A stretch of 32,000 nt of DNA from Candidatus Saccharimonadota bacterium (GTDB taxonomy: Bacteria > Patescibacteriota > Gracilibacteria > BD1-5 > UBA2023). The stretch lies in the NCBI GenBank assembly GCA_042852035.1, contig BAAFHK010000002.1, positions 240,001 through 272,000 of the forward strand, read 5' to 3'. The notes beneath the pieces were generated by a model. The model ran no database searches. It was not told the origin of the DNA and saw only the letters and a program-made list of their open reading frames with translations. Shown here piece by piece: positions 1 through 8,903 of this stretch (the first letter of the stretch is position 1; every line of letters starts with the position of its first letter). A program made the translations under genes and the position numbers.

Positions 1-377
1 AAGCAAAGAAAGCTGAAGAGAAAGCAAAGAAAAAAGCACAAAAAGAAGCTGAAAAAATGGCAAAAAAAGCTGCTAAAAAAGCAAAGAAGGAAGAAAAAAA
101 AGCAAAGAAAGCTGTAAAAAAGAATCAAGTAAAGGCAGTAGTTCAAAAAAAGGCTCCTACTAAAAGAGCTTCTGTAAAAAAGGCTCCTGCAAAAAAAGCA
201 GCTCCAGTAAAAAATGTTGCTGTGAAGTCTGAAGTAAAAAAGCCTACTGTTGTAAAAGCTCCTGCTAAACCAACAACCCCTAAGAAAGCTCCAGTTAAGA
301 AACCAGTTGCAAAAGCTCTTCCAGCTAAGAAGCCTGTAGCAAAAAAAGCAGTAACTCAGACAGCATCAAAAAAATAA
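1..377 (+). CDS. Lys/Ala/Pro-rich histone H1-like (Hc1/AlgP-type) basic protein, C-terminal part; the 5' end lies outside the window
   Basis: The frame is open from base 3, and AKKAEEKAKKKAQKEAEK precedes the tracked Met at 57. Low-complexity KKAxAKKPV-type repeats run throughout. TAA at 375-377 is followed by a hairpin and T-tract. Confidence 0.6.
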   Translation, partial: AKKAEEKAKKKAQKEAEKMAKKAAKKAKKEEKKAKKAVKKNQVKAVVQKKAPTKRASVKKAPAKKAAPVKNVAVKSEVKKPTVVKAPAKPTTPKKAPVKKPVAKALPAKKPVAKKAVTQTASKK

Positions 378-378
378 T

Positions 379-402
379 CTAGGATTCTTCCTAGGTTTTT
401 TT
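379..402 (+). terminator. Rho-independent terminator-like hairpin
   Basis: CTAGGA (379-384) pairs with TCCTAG (389-394) around a 4-nt loop, followed by a T-run at 396-402. A second weaker hairpin, AATGAC...GTCATT, lies at about 421-447. Confidence 0.6.
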
Positions 403-559
403 ATGTGAATCATTTTTTCTAAATGACTCTCTAAAAGGGTCATTTTATTTTCTTCTCTATTTCAGGTGGGGATTATGAATAAATAATTTACTTCATTAAA
501 ATGCTTTGATATTCGGAAAAAATTACTAGAATCATCGTATATTCATTGTTGATTTTTGT

Positions 560-1936
560 ATGAAAAAAAATGTTCTCATTGGTATTAGTGTGCTTCTTTC
601 TATACTCATTTCTTTCCTCATTTTTCTGAAGAAAGATACTATGAAATCTCAAATTTGGGAAGACGAAAGTACTACAGGATCTCTTAATATAGAGAAGAAA
701 ATTGATCCTTCAATTCCAGCAGGATGAATCCCGAAGAAATCAACATCAATAGGAAATGTGGATACCAAAATAGATGTTATAAAGCAAGAGAAGATGGATA
801 AAAATCCACTTCTTATAAATGATATCATGTCCAATCGGCTCTATCTTATGGAAAAGTCTGGTCATGTTCTTTTTGAGTGGCCACTTGGAGATCAATACCT
901 CTGAAATGATGCATTTTTGCTTCCTGATGGAAAACTCCTTGCTTCAGTAAAATCAAAATCTCCGCATATAATTCTTGGAGGATATTGAGGTATTACTGAA
1001 TATATGGGAACAGGTGCACAGGCCCTTTGGAAGTATGAAATCTCCTCGACAGGCGTAATAGCTCATCATGATACTGAGCTTCTTCCAAACGGAAATATAC
1101 TGACCCTTGTGTGGCGTAAAATAGAGAAAAAGGATGCAAAAAAGATATGATATAAATCTGACATCGATATTTATCCTGAGAGAATAGTAGAAATAAATCC
1201 AACTACGAATTCTATAGTATGGAGGTGGGACTCAATGGATCATATTATCCAAGATGTGAATCCAAATCTTCCAAATTATGGTGTTATAGAGAAACATCCA
1301 GAAAAAATAAATCTCAACTACGCAAATTCAATGAGTGGTATGATAATGCATGGAAATGGACTTTTCTATGATTCCAAGAACGATCTTATCTACATGAGTG
1401 TTTATAATTTTAGTGAAGTATGGGTAATCGATCACAGTACGAGCTCATGAGAAGTTCATACTGGTAAGGGCTGAAATTACTGAAGATGAGGTGATCTTGT
1501 TTATCGATTCGGGAATCCAAGTGCTTACGGTGGAACCTGAACAAGAATCTTCTATAGCAATCACCATCCAAGCTTTACAAAACAATGAACATTTCTTATC
1601 TATTCAAATGGTATAAAGGCAAATCCTGAACAATCAACGGCTTATGAACTTAAGCTTCCAAGTGAGCTTGATGCAAAAAAAGCAACACTTATCTCACCTG
1701 AAATTGTTTGGTCCTATACTCATCCTGATTTGTTCTTCGATAAGGTAGGGGGTATAGTCGAAGCACCAAATGGAAATTTTATCCTTACAGAAGGGGATGG
1801 AAAAATTTGGGAAGTAACAAGAGAAAAAGAACTAGTTTGGACTTACACTGTTAAGCCATGAATGTTTTGGAGGACGTATGTCTATCCATACGGATCTCCA
1901 GAACTTAGTGCTCTAGGAATAGAAGAGAAAAAATAA
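560..1936 (+). CDS. Arylsulfotransferase (ASST)-family protein with an N-terminal membrane anchor or signal sequence (458 aa under code 25)
   Basis: The frame is continuous once about 12 in-frame TGA are read as Gly. The N-terminus MKKNVLIGISVLLSILISFLIFL is hydrophobic. ASST-like blocks include AHHDTELLPNGN and GKGGNYGRGGDLVYRFGNPSAYG. TAA at 1934-1936. Confidence 0.7.
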
Positions 1937-2065
1937 TTCTTGCTTTTTCTTTTATATCGAATATATTCTAAAACATGTACTCTAATATTGTAAAATCTCT
2001 TTGGCACCACACACTCACCTCACGGTCGAGTTTTGTGGCGTAGATTTTCAAAATCTGTACCCTAA

Positions 2066-2103
2066 ATCCCCCGTGAGTTTTAACTTTCGGAGGATTTTTT
2101 TTT
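2066..2103 (+). terminator. Terminator-like hairpin with a 9-10 nt T-run
   Basis: ATCCCCCG (2066-2073) pairs with CGGAGGAT (2088-2095) with one mismatch, followed by a T-run to 2103. Confidence 0.55.
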
Positions 2104-2139
2104 ATTGTTTCTATGTATTTTTTCTTCAAATCAAAACAT

Positions 2140-2272
2140 ACCTGGCAAAATATTTGGCATCATTTCCTGTCTCATCGGCGGACTTTTTATTGAACTATCC
2201 TGAGTATATTTCAGGATTTCTCTTAAAACTTATCCGCCAAAAGCGGATTTTATTTTTTTATTTTTTGCCTCT
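2140..2272 (+). promoter_or_regulatory. Candidate hisIE leader or attenuator with mutually exclusive terminator and anti-terminator pairings
   Basis: The terminator is ATCCGC (2232-2237), loop CAAAA, GCGGAT (2243-2248), then a T-rich tract to 2266, ending 7 nt before the hisIE ATG. Upstream GGCGGA (2177-2182) is perfectly complementary to UCCGCC (2233-2238). A central hairpin is formed by ATCCTGA (2197-2203) and TCAGGAT (2211-2217). Confidence 0.4.
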
Positions 2273-2974
2273 ATGAATACCCCTCCTAATGCATCAATGG
2301 GTTTGGATTTCCAAAAGTATCCGGAAAGTCTTATGCCAACAATAGCACAGGATCGAAATACATGAGAGATTCTTATGGTATGATTTGCTAATCCTCTTGC
2401 TCTCCAGAAAACTCGTGAAACATGAATGGCAACATTTTGGTCTCGCAGTCGTAATGAACTCTGGACTAAATGATTAAGTTCTTGAGATACGCTTATGGTC
2501 GAGAATATATTTACTGACTGTGATAGAGATACACTTATCTATCTTGTCACAATGAAAGGGAAGTGAGCCTGTCACATTGACTCTTGGCGGAGCTGTTTCC
2601 GTCGAAAAGTCGATATGCTGACATGAGAGATTAATCCAGAACCAGAAAACCTTCCACTTTGGTCACGAGTAAATACGGATGAACAATTGATTATTGAATC
2701 CCGCGCCTCGGCATCGAAAGAAGTTTCGTTTACTGCGAAACTTGCACAGTGAACCTGGTGAAAGCTCGTGGCTAAAGTGACAGAAGAAACATTCGAAGCT
2801 GTAACTGCCCTCACATGAAATGAAGGAAGGGGGCGAATCATCTCTGAGCTTGCAGATATAGACTACGTTACTCGAATTGTTCTCGCGAAGATAAATCAAA
2901 GCCTCAGAGATCAAAAAATTCCTCCTATTTCTGTCGAAGAAATCGAACAAGAAATCATGGCAAGACGAAAATAA
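2273..2974 (+). CDS. hisI: Bifunctional phosphoribosyl-AMP cyclohydrolase / phosphoribosyl-ATP pyrophosphatase HisIE (233 aa)
   Basis: HisI blocks: LMPTIAQDRNTGEILMVGFANPLALQKTRETGMATFWSRSRNELWTKGLSSGDTL and DCDRDTLIYLV..GACH..SCF. A HisE-like helical C-terminal half contains SFTAKL...KLVAKVTEE. TGA sits on the conserved glycines of TG-EVLM, TG and KGE-SG. TAA at 2972-2974. Confidence 0.85.
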
Positions 2975-2993
2975 TCCTTTAGCTTTTCCCTTT

Positions 2994-3746
2994 ATGAATA
3001 CTCTAAAATCATTTCTCGATTCTCTCAGATGAGGGCAGGTTTCTGATAGTGTACTTTTTGTGCAAAAATGAGTGGCTCAGTATGTTTTTGGACTCTTGTG
3101 ATATGGATCATTTGGTCGTCGATGAATGTGCGAGCTTAATAAGAATCTTCTTTTCCAATTCAAAACTCCTCAAGATATCAAAGTGGGAACAAAACTTTTT
3201 CAGTGAAAGAATCAATTCATTCTCACAGGGAGTGATGTTCTCCGCAAGGGTGAAGTAAGTGGTATCTTTGATGATTGTATTTTCGAAGAACTTCCATCAG
3301 AAAAAGTATGGTGAAGTCCGAGTACACTCTCAGTTTTTGGACCGATGGATTCCCTTGAGAGGATGGCCCGAGGAACCCCACCAGATATTATCTATACTCG
3401 ATGAGCACCAATCCTTACAAAAAAAGCTCTAGATAGAGCATATGCGGATGCTAGTATCGATATCCGAGAAGTCGATGGAAATACCGAGGCATTTGTTGCT
3501 ATTGAATCAAAAATCTCCAAAGATGCTACCGTCTGTGGTACAGAATTTGTCCAAACAGGAAGGTCACTCCAAGATACCGGATCATTTATCCTGAGAGAGG
3601 ATGGCATATATCTTCCACAACGAGGTGATGATGGATGATTTATCCTTTCTCGTCGTATTTCATCAACGTCATCACAAATTTTTTCGAATGCTCTTACCCT
3701 TGAGGTAAAAGTACTCTTTGCTCAAATCTTCCGAGAAAACGCATAA
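2994..3746 (+). CDS. hisG: Divergent ATP phosphoribosyltransferase (HisG)-like protein (250 aa)
   Basis: Begins 20 nt after hisIE. Matches by eye to HisG: QDIKVGTKLFQGKNQFILTGSDVLRKGE against DDIPxxVxxGxxDLGIxGxxxLxE, and REVDGNTEAFV...TEFVQTGRSLQDTG against GSVEVAP...CDLVSTGATLEANGL. The PROSITE-type ATP-PRT signature is only partly kept, and there is an insertion of about 6 aa. TAA at 3744-3746. Confidence 0.6.
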
Positions 3747-3780
3747 TACTATGTTAAAAATTTCTTTTACATCTTGGTGG

Positions 3781-3867
3781 AATATCCCTCTTCCTCATTG
3801 GCGGATATTTTAGCTGTTTCTATTTTTCTAAAATCTGTCAGAGAGGAATCTTTGACAGATTTTTTTA
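3781..3867 (+). terminator. Tandem hairpins downstream of hisG and immediately upstream of the next gene
   Basis: Hairpin 1 pairs AATATCC (3781-3787) with GGATATT (3803-3809). Hairpin 2 pairs AATCTGTCA (3832-3840) with TGACAGATT (3854-3862), followed by a T-run to 3867. The next ATG is at 3891. Confidence 0.6.
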
Positions 3868-3890
3868 TCTCAATTTTAATTTTATCAACT

Positions 3891-6110
3891 ATGAACCATC
3901 TTCCATCACAATCATACGAAACACCACAGGAACCGCCTTATGAATCAATTTCTCAAAGGAGTAAGACTATAGGATGAAAATGAGCAAATCTCGAATTTTT
4001 AAATTCCCTTTCTTCTCCAGGATTTATTGTCCCGAGATTTATGGTTCTCTCTGATTTTTCAGCAGAAAATCTCGCTCATATAGAAAGAGAGCTTTCAGAT
4101 TCGGTAGTTGCCGTACGCAGCTCATGAATCGAAGAAGATCATGATGGGTGAAGTATGGCGGGTGTTTTTCAAACACACTTAAACGTTCCATGAGCAAAAA
4201 TTTCTCAAACAATACAAGATATTCATGAGCACTCACTCCAAAAAACAGGCGAAAGAATCCCCATAGTTATTCAGGAAATGGTTGATGCTGAATATTCTTG
4301 AGTTGCATTCAGCTATGATACCGATGAGAATAAAGCATATTCCGTAATACAAATAGGAGAGGGAAATGGTGAATCTCTGGTTTCTTGAAAACAAACTGGA
4401 GAAACATATAAGATTCATCGAGATATCGATGAAAAGTATATTCCTGATGAGAGATTAAAGGCCCTCCATAAAGTTCTCCGTTTCTTATCCAAAAAATACT
4501 ATACTCCTCTCATTGATGTAGAATTTGCATTTATAAAATGATCAAATATCCCGTACATCCTGCAGGTTCGTCCTATCGTAAGAAGAAATCCTGATCCACA
4601 CCACGATAAGCCAATCCCTCGTGTCATGTACCGATATGCTCGAATGATAGCACATCGACTCTCAAACAGTGATGATATCTTCGGAAATATGATCGATATC
4701 AATCCTGAAGAGCTTGTCGGAAATCAGCCTCCACTCATCCAATCATTTTTTAGTACTATCTTCCCAGAATCATCTTTGAAAGAGGGGAGGGCATTCCTTG
4801 GATATGGTGAATCAGAGAGTATTTTGGGATATACTTTATGACATCCCTATATTTCTTTAAAAAATGATCTGAGAATGTTTTTACCAAAAGGACTTCCAGA
4901 AGATATCATTCGAGCATTCGAGAAATATTATCACTCTTTTATCGAAAGCAATCCAGGTGAGCAGTCTTCTCTGGATAGTAAACACTTCCCCAACACAAGT
5001 GAACAGCTTGAATACATACTGAATCGTTTGGAGATTTCCGAAGAACAAAAAGACGAGACGCGCCGAATTTTTGATCAATTTTTTCGAGGACTTCAGGAGA
5101 AATTGCTCGATTTCGATGATGAAATCGAAGGGATTCTCATGTGAATTTTTCAAAAGATTTCTCAACTTACAGGTACAACTATGAGATCATTTTGAGATCT
5201 TACCCAGCTGCAAGATACCAAAATTGATCCCGAGAAACTCAAAGAGCTTCTCGAGCTCATCAAAGAATGCACATACCTATTTGTTATTGCTGCTCGAGGG
5301 GCCTTTTATTTCAATACCCAAGATTCTTATATCGATGAAGCTTATTTTAAAACAAGAAAGTATGAAGCATCCATCTACCAGTATATGTGTGAAAGAGGGT
5401 ATGATAGAATAAGTTTTACTTCGGTAGAGGGCTTCAATTTTCTAAAGAAAATGACTTCAGAGTATACTATCGAAGGACTTCAGTCACTTGGTGCTGATGC
5501 ATCTTTTTCCGATGGTGATAGAGTCAATCCTACTTCTCGATTTATGGTTCACCGGGAAAATATCAAATACCTCTTTACGCGACTTTTTCTCATTTTACAC
5601 AATAGTATTTCTGACCCATCTCGTGCCCTAAATTATCGGGATTTTGCTTCCTTAATTGAGGATGAGATTTCTGGAGCTAAAGAGGAACCAAAAATAAAAC
5701 AAAGAGAATATAATCCTGAAGAACTTGGGAAGATGTTTTTATTTCCTGCGGTTATTCATCGAACGAATCATATGTTATTCCAGAAGCTCAGTATATCTGA
5801 GCCGCACTTTATTTGAGAGGGAATGAAGCGAGGAAGGATACTTTTTGTAAAACACGTTTCTGAGCTGAGCGGAAAGGATCTCACAGGAATGATTCTCTGT
5901 ATAGAAAATGCAACTCCAGAAATTGACATTTATCTCCCGAAGATAGAATGAGTACTTACAAAAAATGGATGACCACTGGCGCATATCACCATACGTGCTC
6001 GAGAATATGGAATTCCGGCAGTTGTCGGAATGGGGGAGAGATTTAATGCTCTCGAAAGAGCAGAAGCTGTAGAAATTGATTTTGCTCGCAAGAAATTAAC
6101 CATCCAATAA
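3891..6110 (+). CDS. PEP-utilising enzyme family protein with PpsA/rifampicin-phosphotransferase-like architecture: N-terminal ATP-grasp PPDK_N domain, an unassigned middle region, and a C-terminal phosphohistidine swivel domain (739 aa)
   Basis: I count 14 in-frame TGA. The N-terminus has IGGKGANLEFL (gga tga aaa tga gca aat ctc at 3972-3992), VAVRSSGIEEDHDGGSMAGVFQTHLNVPG, IVIQEMVDAEYSGVAFSYD and ILQVRPI. The C-terminus has NGGPLAHITIRAREYGIPAVVG, which includes the catalytic His context. TAA at 6108-6110. Confidence 0.8.
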
Positions 6111-6122
6111 GCTAAATACTAT

Positions 6123-6596
6123 ATGCAAATACAAGAAACTAAAGAAACATACATCCTCTTCATCTGTAAGGCAAATGTCTGACGTTCACAGATGGCTGAG
6201 TGAATCTATAATCATCTCTATAAGTCAAAGAGGGCAAAAAGTATCGCCGGATGTGAAGCGAGAAAAGATCTCTATGCATGAAAACCAGCAGAGTCTATAA
6301 AAGATTTTATGATCTCATATGCTGGGATCGATATATCATCTCAAAAGATCCAATACCTTTCTGATCTCTCTCTGGATGAAATCAATACAATTGAAGAGGT
6401 AATATTTCTCTATGATCCGACCCAAGAAACAATATGTGAAGGCGAATGCATGAGAGACGGACGGTCCCCTTATGAATATTTTAAGAATAGAGGAATTTCT
6501 CTTAGAATATTTCCGGTTGCTGATCCATTTTTAGAAGGAGAAAACACTTATGAATCAATATATGCTTCTATAGATTCACTTGTTCGTACTCTCTAG
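6123..6596 (+). CDS. Low-molecular-weight protein-tyrosine-phosphatase / ArsC-like phosphatase (157 aa)
   Basis: A CX5R(S) P-loop is present near the N-terminus in ILFICKANVGRSQMAEG. A late Asp-Pro (FPVADPF) sits at the expected general-acid position. The gene starts 13 nt after the preceding gene. TAG at 6594-6596. Confidence 0.7.
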
Positions 6597-6672
6597 ATAA
6601 AAAGAGAATCATATACCCTGATTGCTTTCTCTCTTGTTTTCTCTATATTAGTACTTATAAACCTCGTATCTT

Positions 6673-7812
6673 ATGAAAAAAATTATCACTGGTATCAAAT
6701 CTACTGGCTCATCGCTCCATCTCGGGAATCTCATGGGTGCTGTTCTCCCGCTCCAAAATGTTTCAAGAGGGAATGATACTTCACTCTTCATCGCTGACCT
6801 CCATTCCCTCACTTCAGTAAAGGATGGAGATACTCTCCGTCATCAGACTTTCGAAATCGCGGTCGAGTATTTCGCTATCCTTGGTCTCGATACGGATATC
6901 CGCATCTTCCGTCAGTCAGATATCCGCGACATCACGAAGCTTATGTGGATCCTCACGAATGTGACACCGTATTCGCTCATGCTCAGGGCACATAGCTCAA
7001 AAGATAACATTAATAAATCTGTAGAGAATATTGGAAACAGAATACTTTGATTACGAAAGCAAATTGCACAGAATGAATACTTTGATGGCAATAATGATCT
7101 TTATGGTTTTATTGATAAATTAGTTGAAGAAATAAAATTAAATATTTTACCACAAGCATTTGATAATGCTATGACTCTTGAAAGTCTTAACATGTGAACT
7201 TTCAACTATCCTATCCTTATGGCAGCGGATATCCTCGGCTATGATATCGAGGCGGTGCCTGTCGGGAAGGATCAGGTACAGCACCTTGAGATGGCACGAG
7301 ATATCGCTCGCGCGTTCAATAAAACCTATGGAGTGGATATATTCCCAGAGCCAGTCGCGATAGTGACTGAGGAGCTCGCAACCCTCCCAGGTATCGATGG
7401 TCGCAAGATGAGCAAGAGCTATGATAATTTCATCGGAGTATTCGACGATGAGAAGCTTCTCAAGAAGCGTATCAACTCTATCGTCACTGGATCTGAGTGA
7501 GTCGACGATGTGAAGATGAATCCTGACGATTGTAATGTCTTCAATCTCTATAAGGTGTTTGCCTCAAAAGAACAAACAGCAGAGCTTCGAGTGAAGTATC
7601 AGTCGAAGGGAATTGGATTCGGATATGGCCATGCGAAAGCAGCATTATTCGAAGTACTCAATACATACCTCCGACCGTATCGAGAAGCTCGTGAGAAACT
7701 CTTACAAAATCCTGAAATCGTGGAAGCCAAACTCGCAGAGTGAGCGAAAGTGATGAATGCGAGACTTGATGCGAAGATGGAGGTGGTGAAGCGGGTGGTG
7801 GGGGTGAATTAA
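6673..7812 (+). CDS. trpS: Tryptophan--tRNA ligase carrying a lineage-specific AT-rich insertion (379 aa)
   Basis: Class I motifs are present: [11 protein letters not shown] (HIGH-type), [16 protein letters not shown] (TGA at 7195-7197 on the conserved Gly), [18 protein letters not shown] and KMSKS. Four in-frame TGA. TAA at 7810-7812. Confidence 0.9.
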
Positions 7813-7851
7813 GTTGTTTGAAATTTTGAAAATTAAATTATAATAATACAT

Positions 7852-7956
7852 ATGGAAAAAAATAAGAAAAAGGACATAGCTGATACAAAAAATATCCAGG
7901 ACCTTATAAAGAATCCTGTAGTTTATTCAGTACTCGAACGACTTAAAGATAAATAA
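7852..7956 (+). CDS. Very small putative antitoxin (34 aa) preceding doc
   Basis: Sequence is MEKNKKKDIADTKNIQDLIKNPVVYSVLERLKDK. Its TAA (7954-7956) overlaps the doc ATG (7956-7958) by 1 nt, the classic translationally coupled toxin-antitoxin layout. I recognise no family. Confidence 0.4.
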   Translation: MEKNKKKDIADTKNIQDLIKNPVVYSVLERLKDK

Positions 7957-8342
7957 TGTTCTATCTCACAAAAGAGAACGTGCTTCTCATTCATAAAAAT
8001 GTTTGTGAAATCTTTAAAAATAGAGAGGGTATTTTACATGAATGACAACTTGAATCGCTTTGTGCACATATCCAGAATGATGAGTATTATCCAACTATCT
8101 ATGATAAGCTTGCTCATTTTTTCTTCGGTCTTGTACAGTTTCATATTTTTGTTGATGCAAATAAACGAACAGCACTTCTTTGTTGACTCCTACTTGTAGC
8201 CTGAAATTCAAATCAGTTTTGAGACTATAATGTTGAGAAATCTTCACTTTTCCTTGAGCAACTAGCATTATCTGTAGCAACAGGGAAGACGAAAGAAGAT
8301 GAGCTTCCAGAAATTCTTAAGCAGTATTTTTGAGGTGTTTAA
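7956..8342 (+). CDS. doc: Fic/Doc family death-on-curing toxin (128 aa)
   Basis: The Fic/Doc motif HxFx(D/E)(A/G)N(K/G)R is present as FHIFVDANKRTA. The N-terminus LTKENVLLIHK...EGQLESL is typical of Doc. Five in-frame TGA. TAA at 8340-8342. Confidence 0.8.
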
Positions 8343-8850
8343 ACTTGAGTTTCCCACCATCTTCCACAAATCCCTCTATCTCGATATGATAGAGGAGTGG
8401 AGAAATTTCGAATCTATTCCGACGAGTCCGAGAGCTTTGTTTCGAGGGGAGACTTATGAGGAATTTCTCGAAATCATAGAGAATAATCGTACCTCGAATC
8501 AACTCGGAGTACCTGCTACACTTTTCTTTTTTATGGAGGATGATATGCTCCTCGGAGCACTCCAACTTCGTCATCATATCGAACATCCCAATCTGTCTCT
8601 CGATGGAGGTTGTGGATGACATATTGGCTATGGACTTAGGCCAAATGCGAGAGGGAAGTGACTTGCGAAAGTGATGTTAGGGCTATGACTGTGAGAAGCA
8701 AAGAAGCTGTGACTCACGAAAGTTCTTATCTCCGCTCATAGTGAAAATATTGCTTCTTGGAAGACGATTGAGTGACTTGAGGGAGAATTTATTCAAGAAA
8801 TTGATGATGAAGGTAAGGGGCTCAGAGTATACTGGATAAAAATTCCTTAG
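8299..8850 (+). CDS. GNAT-family N-acetyltransferase (183 aa from ATG 8299; an alternative GTG start lies at 8335)
   Basis: GNAT blocks: SLYLDMIEEW, GGHIGYGLRPNARGKGLAKVML, LGLTKVLISAHSENIASWKTIEGLEG and RVYWIKI. Overlaps the doc 3' end by 44 nt (ATG start) or 8 nt (GTG start). TAG at 8848-8850. Confidence 0.75.
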
Positions 8851-8903
8851 AATTGCCTTTTTTTCAACTTCGGGATAAGATAGGTGTAATCTAATTCTTA
8901 TCT

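Noticed and set aside
1990-2272. A T-box, ZTP (pfl) or PRPP riboswitch upstream of hisIE
   Set aside because: I could not find the T-box GGUGGNACCGCG-like core or the ZTP CCGCCUGGG pseudoknot element. CCGCC is followed by AAAAG instead. A covariance-model scan is needed for a firm negative.
2001-2276. A possible His-rich leader peptide (..APHTHLT..) for attenuation control of hisIE
   Set aside because: It contains only two His codons and starts at a non-ATG codon. The 91-aa tracked ORF runs through two terminator hairpins. It is not a convincing leader peptide.
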